In this document: piece after piece, positions 51,866-60,685 of the stretch
Position numbering within the stretch: position 1 is the first letter of the stretch
Layout: each line of letters begins with the position of its first letter
Assembly: GCA_963758635.1 (NCBI GenBank)
Contig: CAVWWD010000008.1
Location: 352,001-416,000, forward strand
Source: an uncultured Candidatus Rokubacteria bacterium
Lineage (GTDB): Bacteria > Methylomirabilota > Methylomirabilia > Rokubacteriales > CSP1-6
DNA: 64,000 nt
Reading direction: 5' to 3'
Translations under genes and position numbers: made by a program
Notes under the pieces: generated by a model
What the model was told of the DNA's origin: nothing
The model's database searches: none
What the model saw: the letters and a program-made list of their open reading frames with translations, nothing else

Positions 51866-53568
51866 CCGCATCGGCTTCCCCCGCCTCTGCGCGGGTCACC
51901 TTCGCGCCGGTGGAGGGCGCGGCCCAGGTCTTCACGCCCGAGTTCCTCGACTACGTGGTCCGCCTGCACGACGGGCTCGGCGCGCGCGCCCGCACGCTCC
52001 TGGTCGAGCGCGCCGCGGTGCTCCGCCGCGCCCTCGACGGCGCCCCGCTGGCGAGTCTGTTCCCGGCCGGGCCGTCCACGGCCGACTGGCGCGTGCCCGC
52101 GGTTCCCGCCGACCTCAGGCGGCCCGGCATCGAGATCTCCGGGCCGTGCTCGATCACGAGCATGTTCATCAACGCGCTGAACCCGGGGCCGGAGGGCGAG
52201 CGGGCGGAAGGCGACCTCGACGACGACGAGGACTCCGCCGGGCACCGGCTGGTGGACACCGTGCGCGCCGCGCTGAACCGGCACGCCGCGGTGAACGGGG
52301 AGCTCGCGTTCGACGACAGCGAGCGCAACCGGCGCTACCGGATCGCCCCCGGCGACCTGCCGTTCTTCATGCACCGGGAGCGCGGCCTGCACCTCGACGA
52401 GCCCGAGTTCCTGGTCGACGGCCGGCCGATCAACGCGGCCATCCTGGGCACCGCGCTCACGCTCTACTACGTGGGCCGCGCCCAGGTCACGCGCGGGCAG
52501 GGGATCTACTTCTACCTGCCGAAGCTCGAGTCGCCCGCGGAGTGCGCGTGGTACCGCGACCTGTTCGACCGGAGCCGCGCCGCGCTGCCGTTCCTGCGGG
52601 ACGCGGTGATCAGCGCGATCCCGCTCGTGGAGTCGCTCCCCGCCGTGTACCAGATGGACGAGATGCTCCACGCCCTCGGACCCTACGCGGGCGGGCTCAA
52701 CGCCGCCCGCTGGGACCTCAAGGCGAGCATCTTCGAGTTCGTCATGACCGACCCGGGGTCGGTGTGGCCGGACCGCTTCGGCGTGGACATCAAGACGACG
52801 CCGTTCCTCTCCGACATCTTCCGCCGCCTCGTCGCCGTCTGCCTCAAGCGGGGCGCGGTTCCCATCGGCGGCATGGCCACCGCGCTCCCGAGCAACGATC
52901 CCGAGGTGAACCGGGTCGCCGGCGAGGCCATCAGCGCCGACAAGGAGTGGGAGGCTCAGCAGGGGTTCATTCGCGCGTGGGTCGCCCACATCTTCCACAT
53001 GAAGACGGCGGGGGATCCGTTCAAGCGGCTGATCGCCTCGGGCTGGAAGCCCACCCCGGCCATGGCCGAGCCTGCTACCTACCCGATCCGCATCGAGGTG
53101 CCGGCCGGCCCCATCACCATCGAGGGCACGCGGCGCAACGTGCGGATGGTGATCGAGTACCTGGAGGGGTGGCTCAACGGGCGCGGCGCGAAGGGCATCG
53201 ACAGCCTCGAGGGCAGGCCGGGCATCCATCCCGCGCTGATGGAGGACCTCGCCACGGGCCGGATGTCGGTGGCGCAGATCGCGCAGCGCGTGCGCCACCG
53301 GGCGCCCACCACGCAGGGACCGGCGGGCACCCACGACCAGGCGCTCGTCAAGCGGCTCTTCACCGAGGAGCTCGAGGACATCCTCTCCCGGCGGCGGGCC
53401 GCGGTGACCGACGCGCGCGTGTTCGGGGAGCTGGAGGCCCGCTACCGGAAGGCCGCGAAGATCGGCCTTCGCTGGGTCCAGAACTACCTGGATCTCGACT
53501 TCCGGAGCCTGGGGTCGTACACCCGCGCGGACCTGGAGCGGATCGCCGCGGCGCCCGACGCGTTCTGA
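51862..53568 (+). CDS. malate synthase (divergent AceB-like)
   Basis: EISGP, DDEDS, RERGLHL, YFYLPKLES, LNAARWD, GGMA, WVAH and LMEDLAT. Confidence 0.88.
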   Translation: MTASASPASARVTFAPVEGAAQVFTPEFLDYVVRLHDGLGARARTLLVERAAVLRRALDGAPLASLFPAGPSTADWRVPAVPADLRRPGIEISGPCSITSMFINALNPGPEGERAEGDLDDDEDSAGHRLVDTVRAALNRHAAVNGELAFDDSERNRRYRIAPGDLPFFMHRERGLHLDEPEFLVDGRPINAAILGTALTLYYVGRAQVTRGQGIYFYLPKLESPAECAWYRDLFDRSRAALPFLRDAVISAIPLVESLPAVYQMDEMLHALGPYAGGLNAARWDLKASIFEFVMTDPGSVWPDRFGVDIKTTPFLSDIFRRLVAVCLKRGAVPIGGMATALPSNDPEVNRVAGEAISADKEWEAQQGFIRAWVAHIFHMKTAGDPFKRLIASGWKPTPAMAEPATYPIRIEVPAGPITIEGTRRNVRMVIEYLEGWLNGRGAKGIDSLEGRPGIHPALMEDLATGRMSVAQIAQRVRHRAPTTQGPAGTHDQALVKRLFTEELEDILSRRRAAVTDARVFGELEARYRKAAKIGLRWVQNYLDLDFRSLGSYTRADLERIAAAPDAF

Positions 53569-53585
53569 TCGAGCCGAGACGGAGG

Positions 53586-55157
53586 TCAGGTCTCGCGGTA
53601 GATGATGAGCAGGCCGCCGATGAGGACGAAGGCCATGGCCCAGAGGCGGCCCGGCCAGCGGTCCTCGGGGGGCGGCAGGCGCAGTTCGAGCCAGCGGCCC
53701 CAGCCCGCGGCGAGCGCGAGCAGGCCGAGCGGGGCGTGCGTCACCTCGGTGAGGAACTCCTCCTTCACGTTGAGCGACGCGTGCGAGTGCGTGAGCAGGA
53801 GCAGGCCTCCGACCGCGCACAGGACGGGAAAGACGTGGGCCCACGCGGCGGACCTGATGCGGCCCGACCGCACCATCCACTCGAAGAGGCCGAAGCCCAC
53901 CACCAGCACCACGAACAGCCGGTGCTGGACCACCTCCGTGTAGGCGAGCCCCTCCCAGAACCCCTGCGGGCCGAGCGGCCACGACCCGGGGTCGTTCCTG
54001 ATGAGCATGAAGACGGAGAGGGGCAGGAACATCAGCGGCCAGTGGCGCGCCCAGCGTCCCCATCCCATGCGGTGCACGATGGCGAGCAGGCCCATGGTCA
54101 GCACGATGATGCCCGACACGTGATGGTTGAACTCCGACCACTCGCGGTCCTCGGCGGTGCGCGGGGCCTCCCGGTCCTCGACGGGCATGCTCTCGATGTC
54201 CGGCGACGTGAAGCTGGGCACGCGCGGCGTGAAGCGGAGCGCCACCTCGGCGAGCGTCGCGCGGCCCTCGGTCAGGTCGATGGCCGGCGGCAGCGAGGTG
54301 AGCGACGCGGCGGCGAACAGCACCGTGAGCCCGAGCCCCAGCTCGACCTCGACGAAGCGCTGCACGCGCCCGAGCGGCACCGGCGGCCCATCGGCGAGGC
54401 GACGCACGACGAAGAAGTTGGCCGAGCCGAGGGCGAGGAGGCCCAGGAGCATCACGACCTTCACGAGCACCATGACGCCGTAGGACGTCCCGAGGAGTCC
54501 CCCGAGGCCATCCACGTAGCCGAGTGACAGGCCGAGCCCGGCGCCGACGAGGAGCGCGACCGAGGACAGCGCCAGGGTCGAGAACCGTGTGAGCACGGTG
54601 GCCGGCCATCCCGACGGTCCGAGCCCGAACGCGATGGCGGCGAGGTGGGCGAGCCCCCCGACCCACGCGGACGCGCCGAGCTGGTGCAGCGTGTCCAGGA
54701 CGAGGAGCCAGCCCACGTGATCGAGCCGCGCCGCGGCGTGGCTGAGCCCGGCCGAGCTGGCGAAGAGCGCGACGCCGCTCGCCACGAGGACGGCCCACGT
54801 GGAAGGTGACAGCGACGTCCGGCGCGCGCGCGCCGCCGCCAGCGCGAGGACGACGGCCGCGGCCACGCGCACCAGACCGGCCCGGAAGTACATGGTGGCC
54901 AGGGCGTCGCCCACCGGCCAGCCGCGCTCGTCGGCGAGCGCGGCGAGGTGGAGGAGGAGCGACGCGAGCTGCGCCAGGGCCAGGCCGACGGCGCCCCACG
55001 TCATGAGGGAGAGCGAGCGGCCGGGATGCGTCGCCGCCTGCGGGCCGGCCGGGCCGCCCGTCCGGAGCACGACGATCAGGAAGATGATCCCGCCCGCGGC
55101 CAGGGCCTGGCCCACCAGGGCCACCCCGCGGAGCACGACGTCGAGGAAGGCGGTCAC
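53586..55157 (-). CDS. second CopD-family protein with His-rich C-terminal extension
   Basis: Colinear with 46079-47698 (SHAAAR, HQLG, WSEFNHH, QHR, THSH). Confidence 0.85.
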   Translation of the reverse strand: MTAFLDVVLRGVALVGQALAAGGIIFLIVVLRTGGPAGPQAATHPGRSLSLMTWGAVGLALAQLASLLLHLAALADERGWPVGDALATMYFRAGLVRVAAAVVLALAAARARRTSLSPSTWAVLVASGVALFASSAGLSHAAARLDHVGWLLVLDTLHQLGASAWVGGLAHLAAIAFGLGPSGWPATVLTRFSTLALSSVALLVGAGLGLSLGYVDGLGGLLGTSYGVMVLVKVVMLLGLLALGSANFFVVRRLADGPPVPLGRVQRFVEVELGLGLTVLFAAASLTSLPPAIDLTEGRATLAEVALRFTPRVPSFTSPDIESMPVEDREAPRTAEDREWSEFNHHVSGIIVLTMGLLAIVHRMGWGRWARHWPLMFLPLSVFMLIRNDPGSWPLGPQGFWEGLAYTEVVQHRLFVVLVVGFGLFEWMVRSGRIRSAAWAHVFPVLCAVGGLLLLTHSHASLNVKEEFLTEVTHAPLGLLALAAGWGRWLELRLPPPEDRWPGRLWAMAFVLIGGLLIIYRET

Positions 55158-55173
55158 GGGAGCGGAGGCTCCC

Positions 55174-56346
55174 TCAGGCGGTGCGCGGGCGGCGTCCCGT
55201 CCATAGGAGGAGAAGGAGGAAGATGGGCGCGCCCACCGCGGTGAAGGCGATGAACCAGTAGGCTTTGCCCACGGCGGCCAGGGCTACAACCAGGTAGATG
55301 AAGTCACGGTGCGTGAGGGCTTCCACCACGCGGTCGGCGACGGCTTCCCCTTCGGGCGCCCGCGTCAGGATCCCGCGGCGGTACACGATGAGCGCGACCG
55401 CCGCGGTGGCGACGACGGCCACCGCGCCGAAGAGGAGCGGCCACGAGGCGCCGGCGTGCCGGACCCACCCGAGCGTCATCCCGGTGAACGCGGCGGCGTG
55501 GACGAGGTTGTCGCCCCAGAAATCGAGGGCGGCGCCGTTCGGCGACTCGCGGAAGGTGAGGCGGGCGAGCTCGCCATCGCATCCGTCCAGGATCGAGTGG
55601 GTGAGGAACAGCAGCGCGCCCGCGAACTGGAGTGACGGCGACAGGAACAGCGCGGCCCCGGCCAGCCCCACCGCGAGGCTGATCAGAGTCATCGCGTTGG
55701 GCGTGATCGGCGTCGACGTGAGGCGTCGCGTGATGGCCAGCGAGATCCGCCGCTCGAAGTGGCGCGACATGAACCCCTCGTTGGGCTTGACGAGGCTCCG
55801 CAGCAGCCACGACTCGGCGGCGGCGAGGTCGCGGGGGCCGCGGAGCCGGAAGTGGCCAGGCCCCTCGAGCGCGCCGCTCACCGTCTTGAACGTGCCCGCG
55901 AGCGCGGCGATAGCCTCGCCCGCGGTGGTCGATCGCGCCACGGTGTCGACGACGCGCTCGGCCTGCGACGCGTCGAGCACGGCCACGCTTCCGTCGTTCA
56001 CGTAGAGTCGATCGGGCTCGAGCGGCATCTCGCGCAGGCGGCGCAGCCAGGGCGCCTGGGGGACCACGCTCCGGTCCAGGACCACGATGCGGCTCGGCGG
56101 GTGGGACGGCGGCGCGCCAGCGACCAGGGGCGCGGCCCGTGTGCCGTCGAGCAGGCCGCGGTCGCCCGGGCCGAGGCCGCTCATGAGCGACGCGTCGTAG
56201 CCGGCGCGCTCCGCGGTGAGCGCGATGCGTCTGACCAGCGGCAGCCCCGCCACGGACGCCGACGGCGGGATGAGCGCCGCCTCCCCCTCGGCGGGCAGGA
56301 CGAGGAGCAGCGCGCGCGCCGACTCCGCCGGGCCGCGGTTGCTCAC
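55174..56346 (-). CDS. CDP-alcohol phosphatidyltransferase with degenerate N-terminal nucleotidyltransferase-like domain
   Basis: ITPN and DGCDGELAR...G..LD..GD; GTG 56346 overlaps the upstream stop. Confidence 0.88.
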   Translation of the reverse strand: MSNRGPAESARALLLVLPAEGEAALIPPSASVAGLPLVRRIALTAERAGYDASLMSGLGPGDRGLLDGTRAAPLVAGAPPSHPPSRIVVLDRSVVPQAPWLRRLREMPLEPDRLYVNDGSVAVLDASQAERVVDTVARSTTAGEAIAALAGTFKTVSGALEGPGHFRLRGPRDLAAAESWLLRSLVKPNEGFMSRHFERRISLAITRRLTSTPITPNAMTLISLAVGLAGAALFLSPSLQFAGALLFLTHSILDGCDGELARLTFRESPNGAALDFWGDNLVHAAAFTGMTLGWVRHAGASWPLLFGAVAVVATAAVALIVYRRGILTRAPEGEAVADRVVEALTHRDFIYLVVALAAVGKAYWFIAFTAVGAPIFLLLLLWTGRRPRTA

Positions 56347-57515
56347 GCCGCGGAGTCGCTCACGGGTCCGGAGGGTTGCTGTGGGTTCCAAGGCATGTCC
56401 ATATGGGTTTGAGGTTGGTTCCACTGCGTTTCCACATGGGTTCGGAGGGTTTGAGGTTCGTTCCACTGCATTTCCATATGCGCTCGGCTCGCCTTCGGCT
56501 CACCTCGCAAGGCCACATCCTCGCCGCGCCGGCTCGAGGCGCGCGCCGCCGCTTCCACGAGGACGCAGTGCACGGCCTCGGCGAGGTTCTCGCCGGCCGG
56601 GGCGCCGGCGTCCACATCGGCGAGGAATCGATCGGCGACGGGGCCGAACCAGTCCGGGTGCGCCGACCCGGCGGACAGCGCGGGCGGGCAGGGCCACCGC
56701 CGCTCGCCGCCGCTCCGCGGCGAGAGCACGACGGTGTCGTCCTCGAGGCGCAGGACGCCTTCGCTGCCGCGGATCTCCACGCGGTTGCGTCGGATGTCCG
56801 CCGCCCAGGTGAGGAACACCTCGGCGGTCGCCCCGGGGAACGTGAGGTGCACGCGCGCGGTGTCCTCCACCGACCACTCCCGGTGCCGGCGACGCTCGAG
56901 CACGGCACGGACCATCGGCGGCTCGGCCCCGAGCCAGCGGCGGAGGACGTAGAAGACGTGCCACCCGTGGTCGCTCAGGACGCCGCCGCCCGCCACGTCC
57001 GCGTCGGTGCGCCAGTTGACGGCGCCGTCGGCGGCGGCGGCCGCGGGCTTCGTGCGGAGCGTCTCCCAGGTCACGTGCTCGACGCGCCCGATGATGCCGG
57101 CGGCCAGGAGCCCGGCGGCGCGGCGGAGGATGGGCGCGTGGTGCCAGTTGTGCACGGTGTGAAGCACCCGGCCGCTGGCCTCGGCCACGCGCGCGACCGC
57201 GGCGAGCTCGCCGGGCGAGCACACCAGCGGCTTCTCGCACAGGACGTGACGTCCGCTCCGGAGCGCGGCGGCGACGAGCTTCGCGTGGCTCCGCGGGGGC
57301 GTGCAGATGTCCACGAAGTCGAGGGTCTCCTGATCCAGGAGGGGCTCGGGGGAGTCGTACCAGCGGGCGTCCGGCAGCCGGGCCGCCGCCTCGGCGCGAC
57401 GCTCGGGTCGGGCGTCGGCCACCGCCACGATCTCCACGTCGTCGCGCTCGAGCCAGCCGGGCAGGTGGCCGTGGACCGCGACGTTGCCCAGCCCGATGAT
57501 GGCGCCGCGCTTCAC
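56343..57515 (-). CDS. Gfo/Idh/MocA-family NAD(P) oxidoreductase
   Basis: IIGLGNVA, HVLCEKPL and GGGVLSDHGWH. Confidence 0.9.
   Translation of the reverse strand: MKRGAIIGLGNVAVHGHLPGWLERDDVEIVAVADARPERRAEAAARLPDARWYDSPEPLLDQETLDFVDICTPPRSHAKLVAAALRSGRHVLCEKPLVCSPGELAAVARVAEASGRVLHTVHNWHHAPILRRAAGLLAAGIIGRVEHVTWETLRTKPAAAAADGAVNWRTDADVAGGGVLSDHGWHVFYVLRRWLGAEPPMVRAVLERRRHREWSVEDTARVHLTFPGATAEVFLTWAADIRRNRVEIRGSEGVLRLEDDTVVLSPRSGGERRWPCPPALSAGSAHPDWFGPVADRFLADVDAGAPAGENLAEAVHCVLVEAAARASSRRGEDVALRGEPKASRAHMEMQWNEPQTLRTHVETQWNQPQTHMDMPWNPQQPSGPVSDSAA
56366..56514 (-). repeat. repeat family 1 copy (head + 3 cores) in frame in the oxidoreductase C-terminus
   Basis: Translates ALRGEPKASRAH-MEMQWNEPQT-LRTH-VETQWNQPQT-H-MDMPWNPQQ. 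Confidence 0.9.
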
Positions 57516-57540
57516 GCGCGGGTGGGGCGAGGAGTCAAGC

Positions 57541-57684
57541 GGCCCGAGGTTTGCGGTTGGTTCCAAGGCATTTCCATATGCCGGCGGTCGGAGGTTCGCG
57601 GTTGGTTCCAAGGCATTTCCATATGCGCTCGGCTCGCCTGCGGCTCACCTCGCAAAGCCACTCGCAAAGCCACTCGCAAAGCGG
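57541..57684 (-). repeat. repeat family 1 copy (triplicated 12-bp leader + head + 2 cores), intergenic
   Basis: Reverse complement: gctttgcgag three times at 12-bp period, gtgagccgcaggcgagccgagcg, then catatggaaatgccttggaaccaaccgc twice. Confidence 0.92.
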
Positions 57685-57685
57685 G

Positions 57686-59014
57686 CTAGTCGAGGCCGTG
57701 GCGGGGGAGGACGGCGGCCAGCGACTCCTCGAGGAGGGCCAGCCCCTCCAGCGCCGTCTCCTCCGAGATGACCAGCGGCGGGTTGATCCGGATCGACGGC
57801 GAGTAGCTCATCGCGACGAGGCCGCGCCGCAGGCACTCCTGGTAGAGGCTCTGCGTGACCTCACGCGCGACCGGCTGCCGGGTCTGCCGGTCGCGGACCA
57901 GCTCCATGCCGAGGAGCAGCCCACGGCCCCGCACCTCTCCGACGGCGCGGAAGCGATCCTTCATGGCCTCGAGCCGGGTGAGCATGACCGCCCCGACCCG
58001 GGCGGAGTTCTTGACGAGCTCCTCGCCGAGGATGATCTCGAGCGACGCCAGACCCGCCGCGGCGGCGAGGGGGTTGCCGCCGTAGCTGGACGAGCTGGCG
58101 CTCGGGTTCGACCATGGCCTGGCGCTCGTGAGCTCATCGGTGGACACCACCGCGCTCAGCGGGAAGCCTCCGCCCATGCCCTTGCCCATCGTCATGATGT
58201 CGGGTACCACGCCGTCGTGGTCGCATCCCCACAGCGTGCCGGTGCGCCCGAAGCCGGTGATCATCTCGTCGCAGACGAGGAGCGCGCCGTGGTCGCGGGC
58301 GACCGACTGGACGGCCCGCAGGAAGCCCTCGGGGGGGATCACGTTGCCGGCGGTGCCCTGCATGGGCTCGACGATGATCGCCGCGATGTCGCCGCCGGTC
58401 TGGTAGCGGATCACGTCGCGCACGTAGTCCGCGCAGGCGATCCCACATCAAGGGTACGTGAGCCGGAGCGGGCAGCGGTAGCAGTCCGCGTACGGCGTCA
58501 GGTGCTGGCCGGGCAGGAAGGGCCCGAGCTGGTGCTTGAAGTCGCTGCCCAGGAGGCCGAGCACGCCGCCCGTCTTGCCGTGGAAGCCACCCCAGAACCC
58601 GAGGACCTCGCGCTTCTTCGTCGCCGCGCGGGCCAGGCGGAGGGCCGCCTCCACCGCCTCCGCGCCGCCGGAGAAGAGCTGCACGCGGCCGAGACCGGCG
58701 GGGGTGAGACTCGTGAGGAGCTCGAGGAAGCGGGCCCGCACGTCGGTGGAGAAGCTGCCGAACGTGAGGCGCTCGACCTGGCGCTTGAGGGCGTCGACGT
58801 AGTGGGGATGGCAGTGGCCCACGCTGCCCACGGCGATCCCGGCGATGAAGTCGATGTAGGTGTTGCCGTCCTCGTCCACGAGGGTGGCCCCGCTGCCGCT
58901 GGCCATCGCGCGTTCCGCGTGGAGCGCGAACGACTGGAGGCCGGCGGCCATGTGGCGCCGCTCCTTGGCCACGATGTCCTGCGAGCGCGGACCGGGGACG
59001 CGCGGCTCGGTCAT
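57686..59014 (-). CDS. class III PLP aminotransferase with one in-frame TGA (58448-58450)
   Basis: Both halves are in the same frame; SGGAEA, FHG, EPMQG, DEMITGFGRTG and MGKG. Confidence 0.88.
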
Positions 59015-59877
59015 GGCCGGCGCGCGCCGCTCAGGAGCTGGGCGAGGTACGCGGCGATGGCCACGCTCGCCTCGTCGCGGTAGAGCGCGAAGCTGGGCCA
59101 GGCGTTCACGTCGAGGAGCACGAGGTCGCCGTCGGCCGTGGCGATGGCGTCACCGCCGTACACCTCGAGGCCCAGCGCGGCCGCTCCGGCACGGGCCAGC
59201 CGCGCGAGGCGCGCGGGGTCCAGGGGATGGCCCGCCACCGTCTGGTCCTTGTGATAGAACCACCGGAACCACGGCGGCCCGCCGTGGGCGCCGGCGCCCG
59301 TGCCGATCCCGTAGAACTTCACGAGGTCGCCGTCGATGTGGGGCTGCACGACGGCCCGCGCCATCCCGCGCGCGGCGAGCCCGGCCACCGCGGCGCGGAA
59401 CGCCGTCTCCCCGGCCGCGAAGACGACGTCGCCCTCCTGCGTGTTGTGCACGTCGGGCCGCTTGACCCACACGGGCCCGGCGGGCGCGGCGCCCGGGGCC
59501 TCGGTGGACACGATCCGGCTCGGCACGAACGCGACGCCGCCCTCGGCGAGCTGCGCGATCATGCGCTCCCGGTACGTGTTGAGGATCGCGGCGGGGGCGT
59601 TGACCTGCCGGACGCCGGCCACCTCCCAGGCGCGGAGCTGGCTCAGGATCTCCTCGCGCTCGCACATCATGAAGATGAGCGGCGCCGGCGTCTCACCGGG
59701 CACGCGCAGCTCGTCCGGGCTCTTGAGCACCACGTCCCAGCCCTGCTCCTCGAGGTGTTTGCCGGTCAGCCGGAGGATCTCGCCGTCGTCGACCTCACGG
59801 CCGGGCGAGTGGGCCCGCTCGCGAAACACCCCCCAGCAACGGACTCGGCTCACCGGGCCTCTCCTCTCGGGTTTCAT
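59011..59877 (-). CDS. ATP-grasp-like ligase (RimK-like fold)
   Basis: VWVKR.D, VQPHIDGD..KFY, YGGD and DVNAWPSF. Confidence 0.7.
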   Translation of the reverse strand: MKPERRGPVSRVRCWGVFRERAHSPGREVDDGEILRLTGKHLEEQGWDVVLKSPDELRVPGETPAPLIFMMCEREEILSQLRAWEVAGVRQVNAPAAILNTYRERMIAQLAEGGVAFVPSRIVSTEAPGAAPAGPVWVKRPDVHNTQEGDVVFAAGETAFRAAVAGLAARGMARAVVQPHIDGDLVKFYGIGTGAGAHGGPPWFRWFYHKDQTVAGHPLDPARLARLARAGAAALGLEVYGGDAIATADGDLVLLDVNAWPSFALYRDEASVAIAAYLAQLLSGARRP

Positions 59878-59891
59878 CGGGTTTTCAGTGC

Positions 59892-59999
59892 GGCACCGGG
59901 GAGGACGTGAATGAATGGCGAGACGTCACGCCGCGTGCACGCGGAATCGCGGTGTTGCCCGCTCGCCGACGTCAGAGTCCGCATACCTTCGCAACCTGG
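59892..59999 (-). repeat. repeat family 3, overlapping the nucleotidyltransferase stop
   Basis: Reverse complement: gaaggtatgc...gggcaacaccgcgattccgcgtgcacgcg...ctcgccattcattcacg. Confidence 0.8.
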
Positions 60000-60685
60000 G
60001 GCACGAGCGACTCGGCGAGCGCCACGTCGCTCCCACGATCCACGTCGACGACGGTGGGGACGACCTCCGCGTACACCGGCTCGCCGCCGCGCGCCAGCCA
60101 GCCGAGGAAGTCGCGCAGGCGCGCCAGTCCCGGCGGCGGCTCCACGCCGCGGAGGCGCTCGGGGATCAGGTAGAGGCCGGCGGTCACGGCGTCGCCGTCT
60201 CGGCCGCCGAGCTCGGTCACGCGCCCGTCCGTGCCGAGGCGCGCCCACAGCGGACGCTCGTCGGCCACCAGCGGCGTGACGCCGAGGACCACGGCGTCGG
60301 CCGGGCGGCGGCGCGCGGCGGCGACGAACGCCGCGAACTCGTCGCGGGGGCACCAGGCGTCCACCGTCGAGACGAGCAGGGGACCGGGCCGGGCGTGCCG
60401 CAGCACGGTCAGGAAGCTCTCGAGCGACGAGGCGGTGGTCTTCACGATGAAGCGGAGGTCGAGGGCGCCGAAGCGGCCGGAAGCCCAGTCCACGCACTGC
60501 CGGTGATCGTCGTTCACGATGGCGGTGATCGAGCCGATCCCGACCGATACGAAATTACCTATCACCGACTCCAGGAGGGGGACCCCGCCGACGCTCACGA
60601 GGGGCTTGGGAACACCGAACCCATCCTCCCGGAGGCGACGGCCCTCGCCCGCCGCGATGATCCCTCCGCGCAACTGCTCGCTCAC
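59972..60685 (-). CDS. NTP transferase (sugar/polyol-phosphate nucleotidyltransferase)
   Basis: IIAAGEGRRL, PKPL, STVD and DVD. Confidence 0.88.
   Translation of the reverse strand: MSEQLRGGIIAAGEGRRLREDGFGVPKPLVSVGGVPLLESVIGNFVSVGIGSITAIVNDDHRQCVDWASGRFGALDLRFIVKTTASSLESFLTVLRHARPGPLLVSTVDAWCPRDEFAAFVAAARRRPADAVVLGVTPLVADERPLWARLGTDGRVTELGGRDGDAVTAGLYLIPERLRGVEPPPGLARLRDFLGWLARGGEPVYAEVVPTVVDVDRGSDVALAESLVPQVAKVCGL

Noticed and set aside
51508..54999. Long antisense or alternative-frame ORFs (also 23122-25158, 29226-31805, 45527-48517)
   Set aside because: Arg/Ala/Pro-rich shadow ORFs opposite well-supported genes, expected at this GC content.
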